This document shows positions 51,781 to 64,000 of a DNA stretch of 64,000 nt, piece after piece. Position 1 is the stretch's first letter, and each line of letters opens with the position of its first letter. The notes below the pieces were generated by a model, which saw nothing but the letters and a program-made list of their open reading frames with translations, ran no database searches and was not told where the DNA came from. The stretch is from Sphyrna mokarran (lineage: Eukaryota). The stretch spans positions 12,214,001-12,278,000 of the forward strand of contig JAGIQG010000040.1 of the NCBI GenBank assembly GCA_024679065.1, in the 5' to 3' direction. Both the position numbers and the translations under genes were made by a program.

Positions 51781-53528
51781 GATTGAAAGAGTTTCTAACT
51801 GGTACAGGGAAAGAAACAGACAGACAAAGAGAAAGAACAGAGACAGAGAGTGGCTCTCACAGAGTGAGAGATACAGGGATAGAGAGTGGAGAAAATGCCA
51901 AGGTTGATATACGGGGAATGAGAAGGAAGACAGATTGGAGGTATAATAAGAGTGGAGTGAGAGATGAAGGGAAAAGGGGAGACAAAAAGTGAGGCAGAGG
52001 GAAATAGCCAGAGACAGAGAGAAACAGAGATATAGAGACAGAGAGCGGGAACAAAAGGGAAATAGTGAGAATGAATGGAGATAATAGAAACAAAAAAACA
52101 AAAGGCAGAGCGAGAGGGGTGGGGAACGGGGGAGAGACAGACAGACAAACTACTAAAAGGGGCAGAGAGTGGGAGAATGAGAATGAGACTGAGAGGAGGC
52201 AGGAGAGACAGAGGAACAGAGTAGAGAGAGAAAGAGTGGGGGGAAGGGGGAACAGAAAGATACAGAGAGAAATATCGAAAGAGAGAGAGGCACAGGGAGA
52301 AACAAGGAAACAGTGACAAAGAGAAAGAGAAAGACAGACAGATAGAAAGAAACACAGAAAGAAGCACGGAGACATATTTAATGACTTTATTGATAACCAT
52401 CAGGTGGAGTTATTGGAATATGAGCTCCCTGATTGAGATTTTAATGCTGTCCAATCCGGTGGCCCTGCAGACTTTTATAACATAGTGTGTCTTGGTTACG
52501 GGAACTCAGGGTGTGTACACTCAGGGTGCAGACTGGTGGTTTTATCACTAGATCATTAATACAGAAACTCTGTTAATGTTCTGGGTACCCGGGTTCCAAT
52601 CCCATCTCGGCAGAATTTGAATAAATATATCTGTAATTCAGAATCCGCTGGTGACCATAAAACAACATTGTCAACTTTCCGAAGAAAAATTCTGGTTCAC
52701 CAATGCCCCAGGGAAGGAAATCTGTTGTCCTTCCGTGGTCAGGCCGAACCGTGATTCCAAAACACTTAATTGCCTTCTGAACATGGGCAACTGGGCGGCC
52801 GAATTGCGAAGGCAGATGCCTTGAGTTGGTTACAATGAACAGACACTTGTATTCCCAATGGAAGAGACGTTAATCATGAACTTTATCAAAAGTGACAGCC
52901 AAAAATATTCAGTTGTCGAGGAATAAATTACCCAGTCCTGTACAATCTGAAGCAGCTCGTGCTGATGGGGGAATCCAAAAGGCTGTTAACAGCCTGAATT
53001 GCACCGTATTGGAGTGACAGAGAGCAGCTGACTGTGGAAGATGGCACACGCCTATGGGGTTCAAGAGTGTCATCCTGAGTCAGGTTTACCATCTCATCCT
53101 GGCTGAAATTTATTTCGAAAGCTCTGCTTGTGTGTGTCTGTGTCTGTTTGTTTATCTGAGTGTGTGTATTTAGCTGAGAGGCAGTGTGTGTGTATATGTG
53201 TGTCTGGGTTTGTCTCAGCATTAGTGTCTGCTCTGTGTATCCGTGTTTCTGTGTCCTTGTTTGAGTGTCTTTATAGACGTGTTATCTGAGAGTGTGTACG
53301 TGTCTGTGTGTGTGTGTGTGTGTATGTGTGTGTGTGTGTGTGTGTGTATGTCAGCTTTTGTCTAAGAGAGTTTGCGTTGTTGTCTGTGTGTGCATGGTTG
53401 AGTGTGAGTTTTCCTGTGTGCGTGTTTGTTTGAGTGCGTATATGTGCGTGTGTGAAATTATGTGTGCGTGAGAGAGAGAATGTGTGTGTGTGTGAGTGTG
53501 AGTATGCGTCTGTGTGTGTGAGAGAGAG

Positions 53529-54157
53529 AACATAGAACATAGAACATTACAGCGCAGAACAGGCCCTTCAGCCCTCGATGTTGCGCTGACCAACGATGAA
53601 AAAAAAAGCAATGACCCTCCAAACTAAACCATTCCCTTCTCTTCCATAAACTTATCAACTAACCTCTTAAACGCCACCAAACTTGGCGCATCTACAACTG
53701 CCGCAGGGAGGGCATTCCACTCCCTAACCACCCTCTGGGTAAAGAACCTACCTCTGATATCCGTCCTATAACTATCACCCCTTAATTTAAAGCTGTGTCC
53801 CCTCGTGCTAGCTTTTTCCATCCTAGGAAAAAGGCTATCACTGTCCACCCTATCTAAACCTCTAATCATCTTATATTTTTCGATAAGGTCCCCTCTTAGC
53901 CGCCTACTTTCTAACGAAAACAACCTCAAATCCCTCAGTCTCTCTTCATAAGACCTGCCCTCCATACCAGGCAACATCCTGGTAAACCTCCTCTGTACCC
54001 TCTCCAATGCCTCCACATCTTTCTTATAATGTGGGGACCAGATCTGCACACAATACTCCAAGTGCGGCCGCACTAGAGTTTTGTACAGTTGCAACATGAC
54101 GTTGCAGCTCCGAAATTCAATCCCCCTACCAATAAAACCTAAGACTCCGTATGCCTC
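53529..54157 (-). mobile_element. CR1 family A, right arm only
   Basis: ORF 53624-54241 and (TTCTATG)n tail. Inserted in a (GA)n tract. Confidence 0.9.
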
Positions 54158-54604
54158 CGTATGGCTCTGTAGTTGTAATTTTGGTTCTGGTTGCTTGCAG
54201 CTGAATGTTTGATTTCTATTAATTTCTACATCTCTGATCATCCAGAGAGAGAGAGAGATTGCTCACTATACTTCATGAACTGCAAAGCTTCTGCTCTTAC
54301 TTGCACTGAAACATTTATAGTAGCTCTTGCTCAGCGCATGTTCACTTTCCCATTAACTCTTTCAGCGCTGAGCCGTGAGGTTCATATCTACAGCACACAT
54401 AAGAACAGATTAATTTCCATGTCCTGAAACTATCGAAACAGCCCAATATATCTTTGAAGCTCTGCTTTTGGACTCTGTAGTTGTAATTTTAGTTCTGGTT
54501 GTTTGCAGCTGAATGTTTGAGTTGTATTAATTTCTGCATCTCTGATCATCCAGAGGCAAAAAAAAACAGAATCGTGACATCCGCCTGCTCCCGCTGTGCA
54601 ATGG

Positions 54605-54622
54605 GCAGTCAGCAGGGGGCGG
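54605..54622 (+). promoter_or_regulatory. CTCF-like motif (right arm)
   Basis: GCAGTCAGCAGGGGGCGG. Confidence 0.45.
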
Positions 54623-57600
54623 ACGTAGGGCGCACCTGGACACTGAAACAGAAATGTTCATGCATTCATATAGGTTGTTCAATCATTCATTCAAAACTGA
54701 ATAACATATTTGGAAGGTAGAGATGGTAGGACAGTGACCATGTCACTGAACTGTCTCAGACTAATATTATGGGCATACGGGTTAAATTCATTTGCCCACA
54801 TAGCACCCTCAGTGCACCGAATGCAATGTGAATTTTTGAATTCAAAATATCTTTTAAGTTTACTTACTTGTGTCACAGGTAGGCTTACATTAATACCGCA
54901 ATAATGTCACTGTGATAATCCTCTATTGGTCACAATCTGGCGCCTGTTCCAGTACATTGGTGTAGAATTTAGCATTGTCAATGTTCCCAACCAGTACATC
55001 TTTCAGACTGTGGGAGGAAACCGGAACACCCAAAGAAAATCTACAGGGACAACATGCGGAGTCCGCACGGACAACGACCGAAGCCTGGAATCGAACCTGG
55101 GTTCCTGATGCAATGATACAATAGTTCTAACCAATATGTCAGTGCGCCGTCAATCCAGGTATACACAGGAAGGTGAGAAAGAATATACTTGGGATAGATG
55201 GGGTGCACCAAAAGTTCACCAGACTGATACATGAATTTTGAAGAGAGATTGAGACGTGCATTCAATGAAATTCGGAAGAATAGGAGGTCTTATTGAAAGA
55301 TATAAAATTCTGACAATTCCAGGATTAGGACCCAACAGTACCGAAGGAACGGCCGCTATATTTTCAAGTCAGGATGGTGAGTGACTTGGAGAGTGAATGT
55401 CCTTTTGATGATGTTCCCACGTATCTGCTGACCTTATGATTTTATCATGGTAATGGCTGTGTCTTGAGAAAGTATTGTCTAGCGCCCTGGGCCCACGAAT
55501 TCAAATCGCACCAACGGTGACAAGTGTAATTTAAATTTAATTAATAAAAATGTAGAATTGAAAATTCGGCTGAATATTAGATACCTTAAGAAAATTGTCA
55601 TCTGTTGTTGCAATAGCACTTTCTGTGTACCAGTTCTGCACCAATACTCATTGGGGTTTGGAAGAAAATTGGGGTGAGGGTTGTCTTATGGAAACAAGGA
55701 AATAAATATGGTAGCAGCAAGGATGCTGTTTCCACTGGCAGATGAAATTAGAACTAAGGGACAAGACTTCAAAATAAAGGCGAAGTGATTTTGGATTGTG
55801 TTGAGGAGGAACCTCATCACCTAAATGGCTGTGAATCTGTATAAATTCCTGCCCAGTGAAATAGCTGTGGCTACATCGCTAAACAGTTTTAAGGTAAAGT
55901 TAGATTTTTGAGCAGTAAAGGGAATCAGTGCTATGGTAAGCAGGAGAGTAAGTGGAGTTGAGTCTACAAAAATATCAGCTATGTTTTTATTGAAAGGCAT
56001 CAGGCCTATTCCTGCTTCCAGTTTTTCTGTTCTTTCAGAAAGGAAATCTGTCTACAACCTGGACTGTGTGTGAGACAAGACCGAGAGAAATGTGGCCAAC
56101 ATTTACCTATCTTCTGAAACATCCAGTTACACAAGAGGCGAGAGGCTGCAGCAACCATATGGTGTAGAAAAATTAAAAATAAACTGTTCATCTCTTACAT
56201 CTTCCAACCCTCATGCAAATACGTTAATCTGAAACCTGAACTCGGTTTCTCACTTGCACAGTTACTGGCTGGTTTAATGCAGGCAGCGTTTCCTGTTTTT
56301 GTCTGAAATGCTGCACTTTGACCTACGCTGGTTTCTTCCCTGAAAAGAAATGTGGGGCTCATTTTTTAGAATTCCAACTCAGCCTGTTTTCATCCTCGCT
56401 CTCTCTGCCTACGAGTCCCTCCTTAGTCTGCTCCAATGCTCCAGTGAAGTCCCAAGGACAGTCTTTAGAAAAAATGGGGTGGCACATTTGGGAGAGAGAA
56501 GCATGGGAAGATTTTCCTCTCAGAGGGTCATATGTCCCTGGAAGTCCCTCCCTCAGAAGGCAGTGGAAGCAGACTTTCAATATTTCTAAAGGCAGAAGGA
56601 GCTGGATTCTTAGTAAACAAGAAGGGTGAAATGTGCTCATGTTGGCAGAAGCTTATAATAAGATCAGCTGTAATCTTGTTTACTGGCAGAGCAGGGAGAA
56701 AGAGGCCAAGTTGCAAACTGTTATTTCTCAGTAGCCTGTATGTTACTGTATACATACCAAAATTTCGTAGCGGCTTAGTAAGGTGCACGTGTAACAGACG
56801 TAACAAAATCTGTTCCTGAAATCGATAATGAGCAAGTTGGGTTTACATTGCCAACTGTTAGGCTCGATGATTCATTGTCTCAAAGACCAGAGTAAACATT
56901 CTCTGCGGTGACTTTCAAAAGAGAATGATTACAAATTGGAAAATATAACATGCAGAGGGACATGTCCCAACAGCAAATACATTTTTTTGTTAGCTCATTG
57001 AGATAGCAATAGTGCTCGTTAGGCCAATTTGCCTCGTTTCTGAATATATAAATTGGATGAGTAACAGGATTGACTGGAGTGTAACACTTTCATTTGATTC
57101 ATTAATGGTTGTTCCCTGAATAATCGGCGAAACGGGAACTTGTTAATTCTTAGATTCTTTCTCAATAATTTTCATTCATTTGTCTAGGATTGATGTTCGC
57201 AGGGCCAAAAATTGTTGCTAGCCTAAAATGCAAATTACGGCGGAATCCTTAATACAAAACAAAACCAGAACGTTTTGGAACATCTCAGTGGGTCTGACAG
57301 TATCTGCGGAGAGAGAATAGAACCAATGTTTAGAGTCCGGATGAGAATTCGTCAGGGCCATCTGGACTTGAAAGTTAACACTATGCTCTCTTCACAAATG
57401 ATGTTCGAGCTGCAGAACTTTTCCTGCATTTTCTGGTTTTGTTTTGGCTCTTGCTAATTGCATTTGAACAGTGTAGTTTGCTAATGACCATCTCAGATGA
57501 TAGTTTACAGTCAAACAGGGAAGGGAACGGTGTGGTGATATTATCGCTGGAGTATCAATTCATAAACTCAGCCAATCTTCTGGGTTCCCCTGTTTGAAAC

Positions 57601-58247
57601 CCAATTCAATAAAAATATCTGAAACGTCGAATCTACTGATGAGAGTGAAATCTTTGTCAATTGTCAGAGATAAAAAAACATCTGGGTCACTGTATCCTTT
57701 AGAGAAGGAAACCTGCCGTGCTTCCCTGGTTTGGCCAACACGTGAATCTGGAGCCACATCAATGTGGTTGACTGTAAACTGTCCTCTAAGAGCAACTGGA
57801 GATGGACAATAAACGTCCATGTTTCACGAAAGAACAAAAATGTTGTGTGTCGAGAGTCATATGAAGGCCAGACTGTGGAAAGACCGCAGATTTTCTTTCT
57901 TAAGGCGGGAAGAAAGTGTTTCCACTCGACCTGATTGGGGACTTGGGATGGGGTGATACGGGGAAAGATCGGATAGAATCCATTGGAGTACAGAAGATTG
58001 AGTGATGATTTTTTGAAACATATCTGATCCTTTGGAGGGGTGGGGGGGTAGAGTCGGAGGGGTGATGGGAGCAACGGTGTTAGAGTGGAAGCTGACGGAA
58101 TGTTTAACTTTCCGGGACAGATTGGAAAGAGAGAGAAGTAAAGAATTGTTTCTTCTTTCAGATGCCTGCGTGCCTTTGGAACTGTCTTCTGCAGAAATCT
58201 CCTGCAGCTTCAGTCGCTGGGAAAGTCTCTGAAAAGATTCAGGCTTA

Positions 58248-58432
58248 TCGACAGTTGGCAACATCTGGCCTCTCACCACTACCCCCGGCTCTGCCTAACT
58301 GCCATCTCGCTGCTGGAGTTTCCAGTCCCGGGTGATTAAACCACAAGTTCTGCTCTTTGAACAAACTGAGAGGCTCAGCGAGCTGTTGAGTGAAACCGCA
58401 TACTCGGCGGACTTCTTTCTGCCGTTGGTCGC
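58248..58432. promoter_or_regulatory. Candidate T-cell enhancer, right-arm copy
   Basis: TAACTG, AAACCACA, CTTTGAA, AACCGCA and CCGTTG are retained. Confidence 0.5.
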
Positions 58433-61400
58433 CTTGTCAACCAAACCCTGGTTCCCCCAATCAGCAGTGAGCGCATGTATCATTACATCTCAACAGTTTC
58501 TATCAAAATACGCAACCGAAAGTCGATTAACCCTCCTGCTGCCAAGAAACAGAAAAAAATAAACACTGATAGGATTTTCATAACGTGAATTCGAGACTGA
58601 GAATGTAATTTGTGTCGTTCCTGTAAGACAGCTGGATCATTCCTCTTAAAATACCAAATACAGGTTGAGCAGTTCACACTAAAGTTTGATGTTAGGGGGA
58701 ACGGCCTCCGGGCAAGTCATCCAGAGTCCTAAGCACAGCGGTTAACTCTGCAGTGCCAGAGACACTGGTTCGAATTGAGCCTTGGGGAGCTGCCTGTCTT
58801 AAATGTGCATGTTCTCCCCGTGTCTGCATCGGTTTTATCCGGATGCTCTAGTCTCCTATCTCAGCCCAAGGATGTACAGGTTGAGTGTATTGGCCGTGCT
58901 ACAATGCACCTTTGTGTCCCACAGATGTGCAGGATTGATCGTGGGCAGAGGGGAGGGTCTGGATTGATTTCTCTTTCGGAGAGTTGGTGCAGACTCGATG
59001 GAGCGAACGGCCGCTTTCTGCAATGTATTGTTTCTATGATTCTATTTTAACACGAACACAAAACCCATTATGATAAATTGTTCCTCCCTCCCTCTTCAAG
59101 AGTGTTATAACAGCATCTTATAATGGCATGGTGAGTAATCCAGAAAGCCAGAGCTCTGGGCATATATGAGGATTGAATTCCAGCCATGGCAGTTAGAGAA
59201 ACCTGAATTCAATAAAAGCAATCGGGAATTCAGCAATCGAACCATGAGTCACTTGTTGTTAAAACCCATCTGGTTCACTTCATGGGACTTCAAGTACAAC
59301 ACGACGGTCAATGCAAGCCACACGGTTCAATGGTGATTCGGGATGGGAAATACATTCTGGCCCTGCCCAACAGTGCACTTACTAATAACTGAAATAACAA
59401 ATACATTGTGTGTGGGAGTCGCTGGCCTGGCCAACATTTATAGCCCATCCCTAATGGGCCGAATTACCACAGCAGCAGATGTAGTTAAACCCGGCATAGG
59501 AGCAACGTTTCCCTTTGGATGTTGGGAACATTTTGGGATTTTTCTCGCTTTCCCAGCTTGGTGGTGTTATCTCCTCAATTTCCTCATTCCTATTCGGAAG
59601 CTCTCGCTCTCCCATTACTTTAATTCCCATTGTTTCTCGTTGTTACATTTTAAGGCGGGTGGGGGAGGGGGGGTGGGGGTGATGCGGTGTGTGGAGACAG
59701 CAGCAAAATGATAAGACCACCAAAACCAAACATTCCTGAATGGAAGGATGTGAGAAGGGCTTTCCTCAGGGATCACTGCTGGCACAATTACTGTTTGTAA
59801 TACATATATAGAAAATAGAACAGAATTGTTTAGTAAGTTTGAAGATGACACAAAGGTTCGTAGATTTGCGGATGAGGACCATCAGAGGATACAGCAGGAT
59901 ATAGATCCGTTGGAGGCTTGATCGACGGGATAGCAGATGGAACTAAATCTGGGCAAATGTGAGATGATGCATTTTGGAAGGTCTAAAACAGATAGGGAAT
60001 ATACAGTAAATGGCAGAATCCTTAAGAATATTGATAGGCAGCGGGATCTAGGTGTACAGGCAATGCAAATGGAGAAGGTAGTCAAGAAAGCATACGGCAT
60101 GCTTGCCTTCATCAGCCAGGGCAATGAGTTTAAAAATTGGCAAGTCAAGTTGCAGCTTTATACAACCTTAGTTAGTCTGCACTTGGAATATAGTGTTCAA
60201 TACTGGTCGCCCACACCACCAGCAAGATGTGGACACTTTGGAGAGGGTCCACAAAATACTTACCACAATGTTACCTGGTGTGGAGGGCATTCGCAATGAG
60301 GAAAGGTTGGAGAAATTTGGGTTGATCTCACTGGAACAACAGAGGTTGAGGGGGTGGCCGGATAAGTGGCTCCAAAATTATGAGAGGCATGGACAGAAAG
60401 GATAGTCAGAAGGTTTTTCCCAGGCTGGAAGAGTCAATTACCAGGAGGCATAGGTTTAAGGTGTAAGCAGCAAGGTTTATATGAGGCAAGTTTTTTTTTA
60501 CACAAAAGGTGGAAGTGGATACAGTAGTGAGTTTTAAAGGGCACCTTGACAATACATGCAGAGAATGGAAATAAAGGGATGTGGTCCCCGGAAAAGTAAT
60601 GGCTTTTAGTTCAGTCGGGCAGTGTGGTTGGTGCAGGATTGGAGGGCCAAAATTCCTATTCCTGCGCTATAATTTTCTTTTTTTTTCTTTGTTTTTTGTA
60701 CTGAAATGGCTATTGAACCAATGAACCTCAGTCCTGAGACCACAGTTCAAACCTGTGGATTTTCAATTATTTCACTTCAAAAAATAAATTGGCTTCAATT
60801 GGCGGGATCTGCCATAGGCAGCCGGTATCCTCGTGATGGACCGAATGGCCTCGATTTGCGCTGCTCGACGTCAAGTGCGCTCTGTTGACCATACCAAATA
60901 CATGTCTTGCCATTGCTTTAACAAAGAGACAGAAGACATCCTTCAGTAAAGACTGCAGATTTATTCAATATTAATAGCAATGCAAATGACAAAAGAACAA
61001 GTTTACAGATATGAACAAAAGTGTGATTAACGAACCAGAAGAGCATAAGGCGAAGCAGCTGAAGTGGACCATTCAGCCCATCGGCTCTGCTTCGCCGTTC
61101 AATGAAATCATGGTTGATTTAATACCATCCTCAACTCCACTTTACCACCTTCTCCCCAGTGCTCTCTCTTCCCCTGACTAACCAGACAATCTTAAATGTA
61201 TCTGAATGTCCCATCTGTGAAATAACCTGAGCTCAATAACCTGATTTTAGGTTAAGCTAATGGCGAGATATTTAAAAACTCTTGCTCATCTTATTTGTGA
61301 GATGCCGTGTAATGATGAAGCTCTGCACAGTGGGAGAGGGGGGCTCGATTATCTCTAAGGAGCCGGATGTACAGCCTGGGGTTTGGTGCCTCTGTGGCAC

Positions 61401-62759
61401 TGGGAGGAAAATCTGGAGTCCAAGATTCAGTGCGGGAGTGAGAATATCACCTTGGCTACAATCTAAAAGCGGGTGGCATCCCACTTACCACCTGATATTC
61501 GCTCTGATTGACTTTCTTTGATTCAGAGAAGTAACTCCAGGCTGTCAAACTCACCCTTTCCTCCACTAGCTCTTGAAATACTCAAAAAAAACAGAGACTG
61601 ATTAAAACTGAGTGGATCAGCTAGGGGTCATTTCAAAACCAGTCTATCTACTCACCAATCAAATCTAACTACTGAGTTATTGAGTTTGATGAAAATCCGA
61701 TCAGAACCTTGCTGATTAAATATATCTTACGCTCTTAAATTACATGCAATAAAAGTGCAACGTTTAAAATAACTACCAGAATAAACAGCCAAAAGGTAAA
61801 GCTGAGATGCCATTAGCTAGGTTGCCCTGTAAAGGTGCTGGGGCTGTCACTATGGGCTGAGTGGCTGCTTTTTTCTCTGTAATAGAATTCTACTATTCTA
61901 AGCAAAGAATATAAAAATCGAAGTTCTATGTGTCGTAAAATTGAAAATGCTGTTTTCAAAAATGTCTTCGATACTAATGCTGGCAGAAACCATATAAATG
62001 TGAGCTCCACGCTGTTGTTGAAACGCACAATTGAAATGTTTGTGTCACATGAGCAGTAGCATTCATGGAGAACCACGAGTTTCAAATCAAAATAATAGTG
62101 GAAAAATGTTACCCAAATGAGGATATTTAAAAGTTAAGCTGCCATTTAAAACAAGTGAGCTTGAATTGCTTGAAGTGGAATCTATGATCAGGAAGTGTCT
62201 GGATTTTGATGCCCCAGTCAATGAGTTCATATCTGAATCCATTTAATCTTCCAACGCAGTTCTGTTTGGAATGAAAGGAACAACAATGGGAGAACATCAA
62301 AGATCAGCAAGAAAAGAACACGTTTTATCTTTACAGTCTCCATTAACCTGCTCCATTAATATTCTCAGACGCCAATGCAAGTGCACAAAAATCCCTACAG
62401 TGCAGAAGGATGCGATTTGGCCCACAGAGTCTGCACCGACTCTCTGAAAGTGCCACACAGCTCAAGACCAGATGATGGGTGTAAAAGGCTGGTCTGTCAG
62501 TGACACCCATAATTAAACACAACTCTGGAGAGGTTTAAGAAGTCAAGGTTGCGATTGGGGGTGGGGGTTGACGGGATGAAAAGCGATGAGGATGGGGCAC
62601 TGGGGGAAGAGTCCGTTTGTCTAAATGTATCCAAGTTACTGTTCACTCCACGGGTTAGCTTCAGCGCTGCCTTAACAGTGACCTCGCGGGATCCCGTCAA
62701 TGGACTGTGTCCATCACACTTTTGTCTTTCTGGGCAGGCATTTAGGTGACCGATCTTAC

Positions 62760-62870
62760 CTCAAAATAACCACACCCTGGCCGTCATCAGGACACTGAAG
62801 ACAATGCTCTTGAGAAACAAAATCCTTAGCCCCATCACCGTCAAAGACAAAAAGTTTGTCCTCAGTCGAT
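62760..62870 (-). CDS. TRDC: TCR C exon 3 (TM), copy B (DRLRTNFLSLTVMGLRILFLKSIVFSVLMTARVWLF*)
   Basis: Intact splice sites, 111 nt, 2 aa differences from copy A. Confidence 0.92.
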
Positions 62871-63341
62871 CTGCCAAAATGAGAAAAACAAATGATAGAT
62901 CTGGTTTGGTACATATATCACTTGGAACTGAAAAAGAAATGTATAACATTAATGTGTTTCTTTTCCATTATCTAACTGCTTGACTTTTGTCCGTCTGTCC
63001 ATCCTGTCCGCTGTCCTCTGTCCACCAGCCCGACTGTCTGCTGTCGATCTATCTGCATCTGTCTTTCACCCTGAATCTCCCTCTCTCTCTCTCTCTCTCC
63101 CTCTCTCTCTCTCTCCGTCTCCTCCTCTCTCTCTCTTTCTTGCCCCCCACCTCCACCCCATCCCCCGCATCCCTCGATTTATATCTCTCTCTCCCTCACT
63201 CTGTGTGACGATCTATCTTTCTCTCCATCTCATTATATCTTTATCATTCGATATCCGGGTCTGTACCCCTGCCTATCTCTCAGTTATCAATCTTTCTATT
63301 TGCAGTATTTTCCATTGAGAAATGTTGAATAAAGCACATAC

Positions 63342-63389
63342 CGTTTTCTGTCGAGGAATCATATCGACTTTTAAGGCATTTAGTTTGAT
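63342..63389 (-). CDS. TRDC: TCR C exon 2 (connecting peptide), copy B (DQTKCLKSRYDSSTEN)
   Basis: Intact splice sites, Cys retained. Confidence 0.85.
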
Positions 63390-64000
63390 CTGGAAGGACA
63401 CAAAACAAACTGACTTATTCAGTGAATAAGTGCCATTACTGTGACCATGTTTGTTCTCAATATCACTTCCAATAATATTGTTGTCATAACAAATAGCCAC
63501 GAAGAAAGTGAGAATCAAACAGCACGATTGGATATGTTCAGTTCATTATTCACAACGGAGAAACATTGATAACTCTGCCATTTAGTTCAGCCCAAATCTG
63601 AGTTCAAAGAGTGTAGGTTCGATTACCCATCAGGGATTAAACCCCAGAATCCAGACCATTCCATCGGGGCGGTATTTCACTGTCTTCCGAAGAAGTGGTG
63701 AAACCGAGGCCTGATTTCAGCTCTGCAGTGGATTAATGATATCAGGACATTTCTCCAGAGGAGCGGGATTCTCCAGTACCCTGGTTAGTATTTAATACTT
63801 TCCTAAATTCGGTGATACACCAGCAGCTGCGGATCCTGGACACTGCCGTGAACTATAATGGTTCGCTCTTATTATTTTTATTCACTTATGGAATGTGGAT
63901 ATCGCTGGCAGGTCAGCATTTACTGTCAATCCCTAATTACCCCCTTCAGAAGATGGTTGTGAGTCCCCTGATTGAAACTCTCCAGCCACCGAATCCATCC

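Larger units (their letters stand above)
45662..63980 (-). repeat. Right arm of inverted segmental duplication (may continue past the window)
   Basis: Reverse complement of ~14040-33942 with scattered substitutions and arm-specific insertions. Confidence 0.93.

Noticed and set aside
1-64000. Prokaryotic systems (CRISPR arrays, retrons, operons)
   Set aside because: The sequence is vertebrate. All RT ORFs are non-LTR retrotransposon fragments and there is no repeat-spacer array.

Overview
Eukaryotic, vertebrate DNA, most likely a shark or other cartilaginous fish (inferred from the TCR-delta-type constant region, CR1 LINEs, V-SINE cores, Penelope elements and two-exon GPR139/142-like receptors). 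The left ~17 kb holds a compact T-cell receptor delta-like cassette on the + strand. It has one apparently leaderless V exon with an extra CDR1 cysteine, which resembles the NAR-TCR 'supporting' V-delta. That V has an unusually long germline CDR3 stub and a 23-RSS, and lies only ~270 bp from a 12-RSS J with no visible D between them. A second intact J, 2-3 decayed J segments and a 4-exon C region follow. No J-alpha array or C-alpha follows the C region. Instead, ~14.0-33.9 kb is repeated in inverted orientation at ~45.7-64 kb. Each arm carries the 3' C exons, a RUNX/MYB/TCF enhancer-like cluster, a CTCF-like site and a GPCR coding exon (intact on the left, nonsense mutation on the right). The 11.7-kb spacer holds two divergent GPCR first exons, five tRNA genes (one an intron-containing tRNA-Pro) and a 129-nt assembly gap. 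Best hypothesis: duplicated stand-alone TCR-delta/NAR-TCR-like mini-clusters with a D-less or germline V-D-joined supporting V. All calls were made by eye, without database searches.
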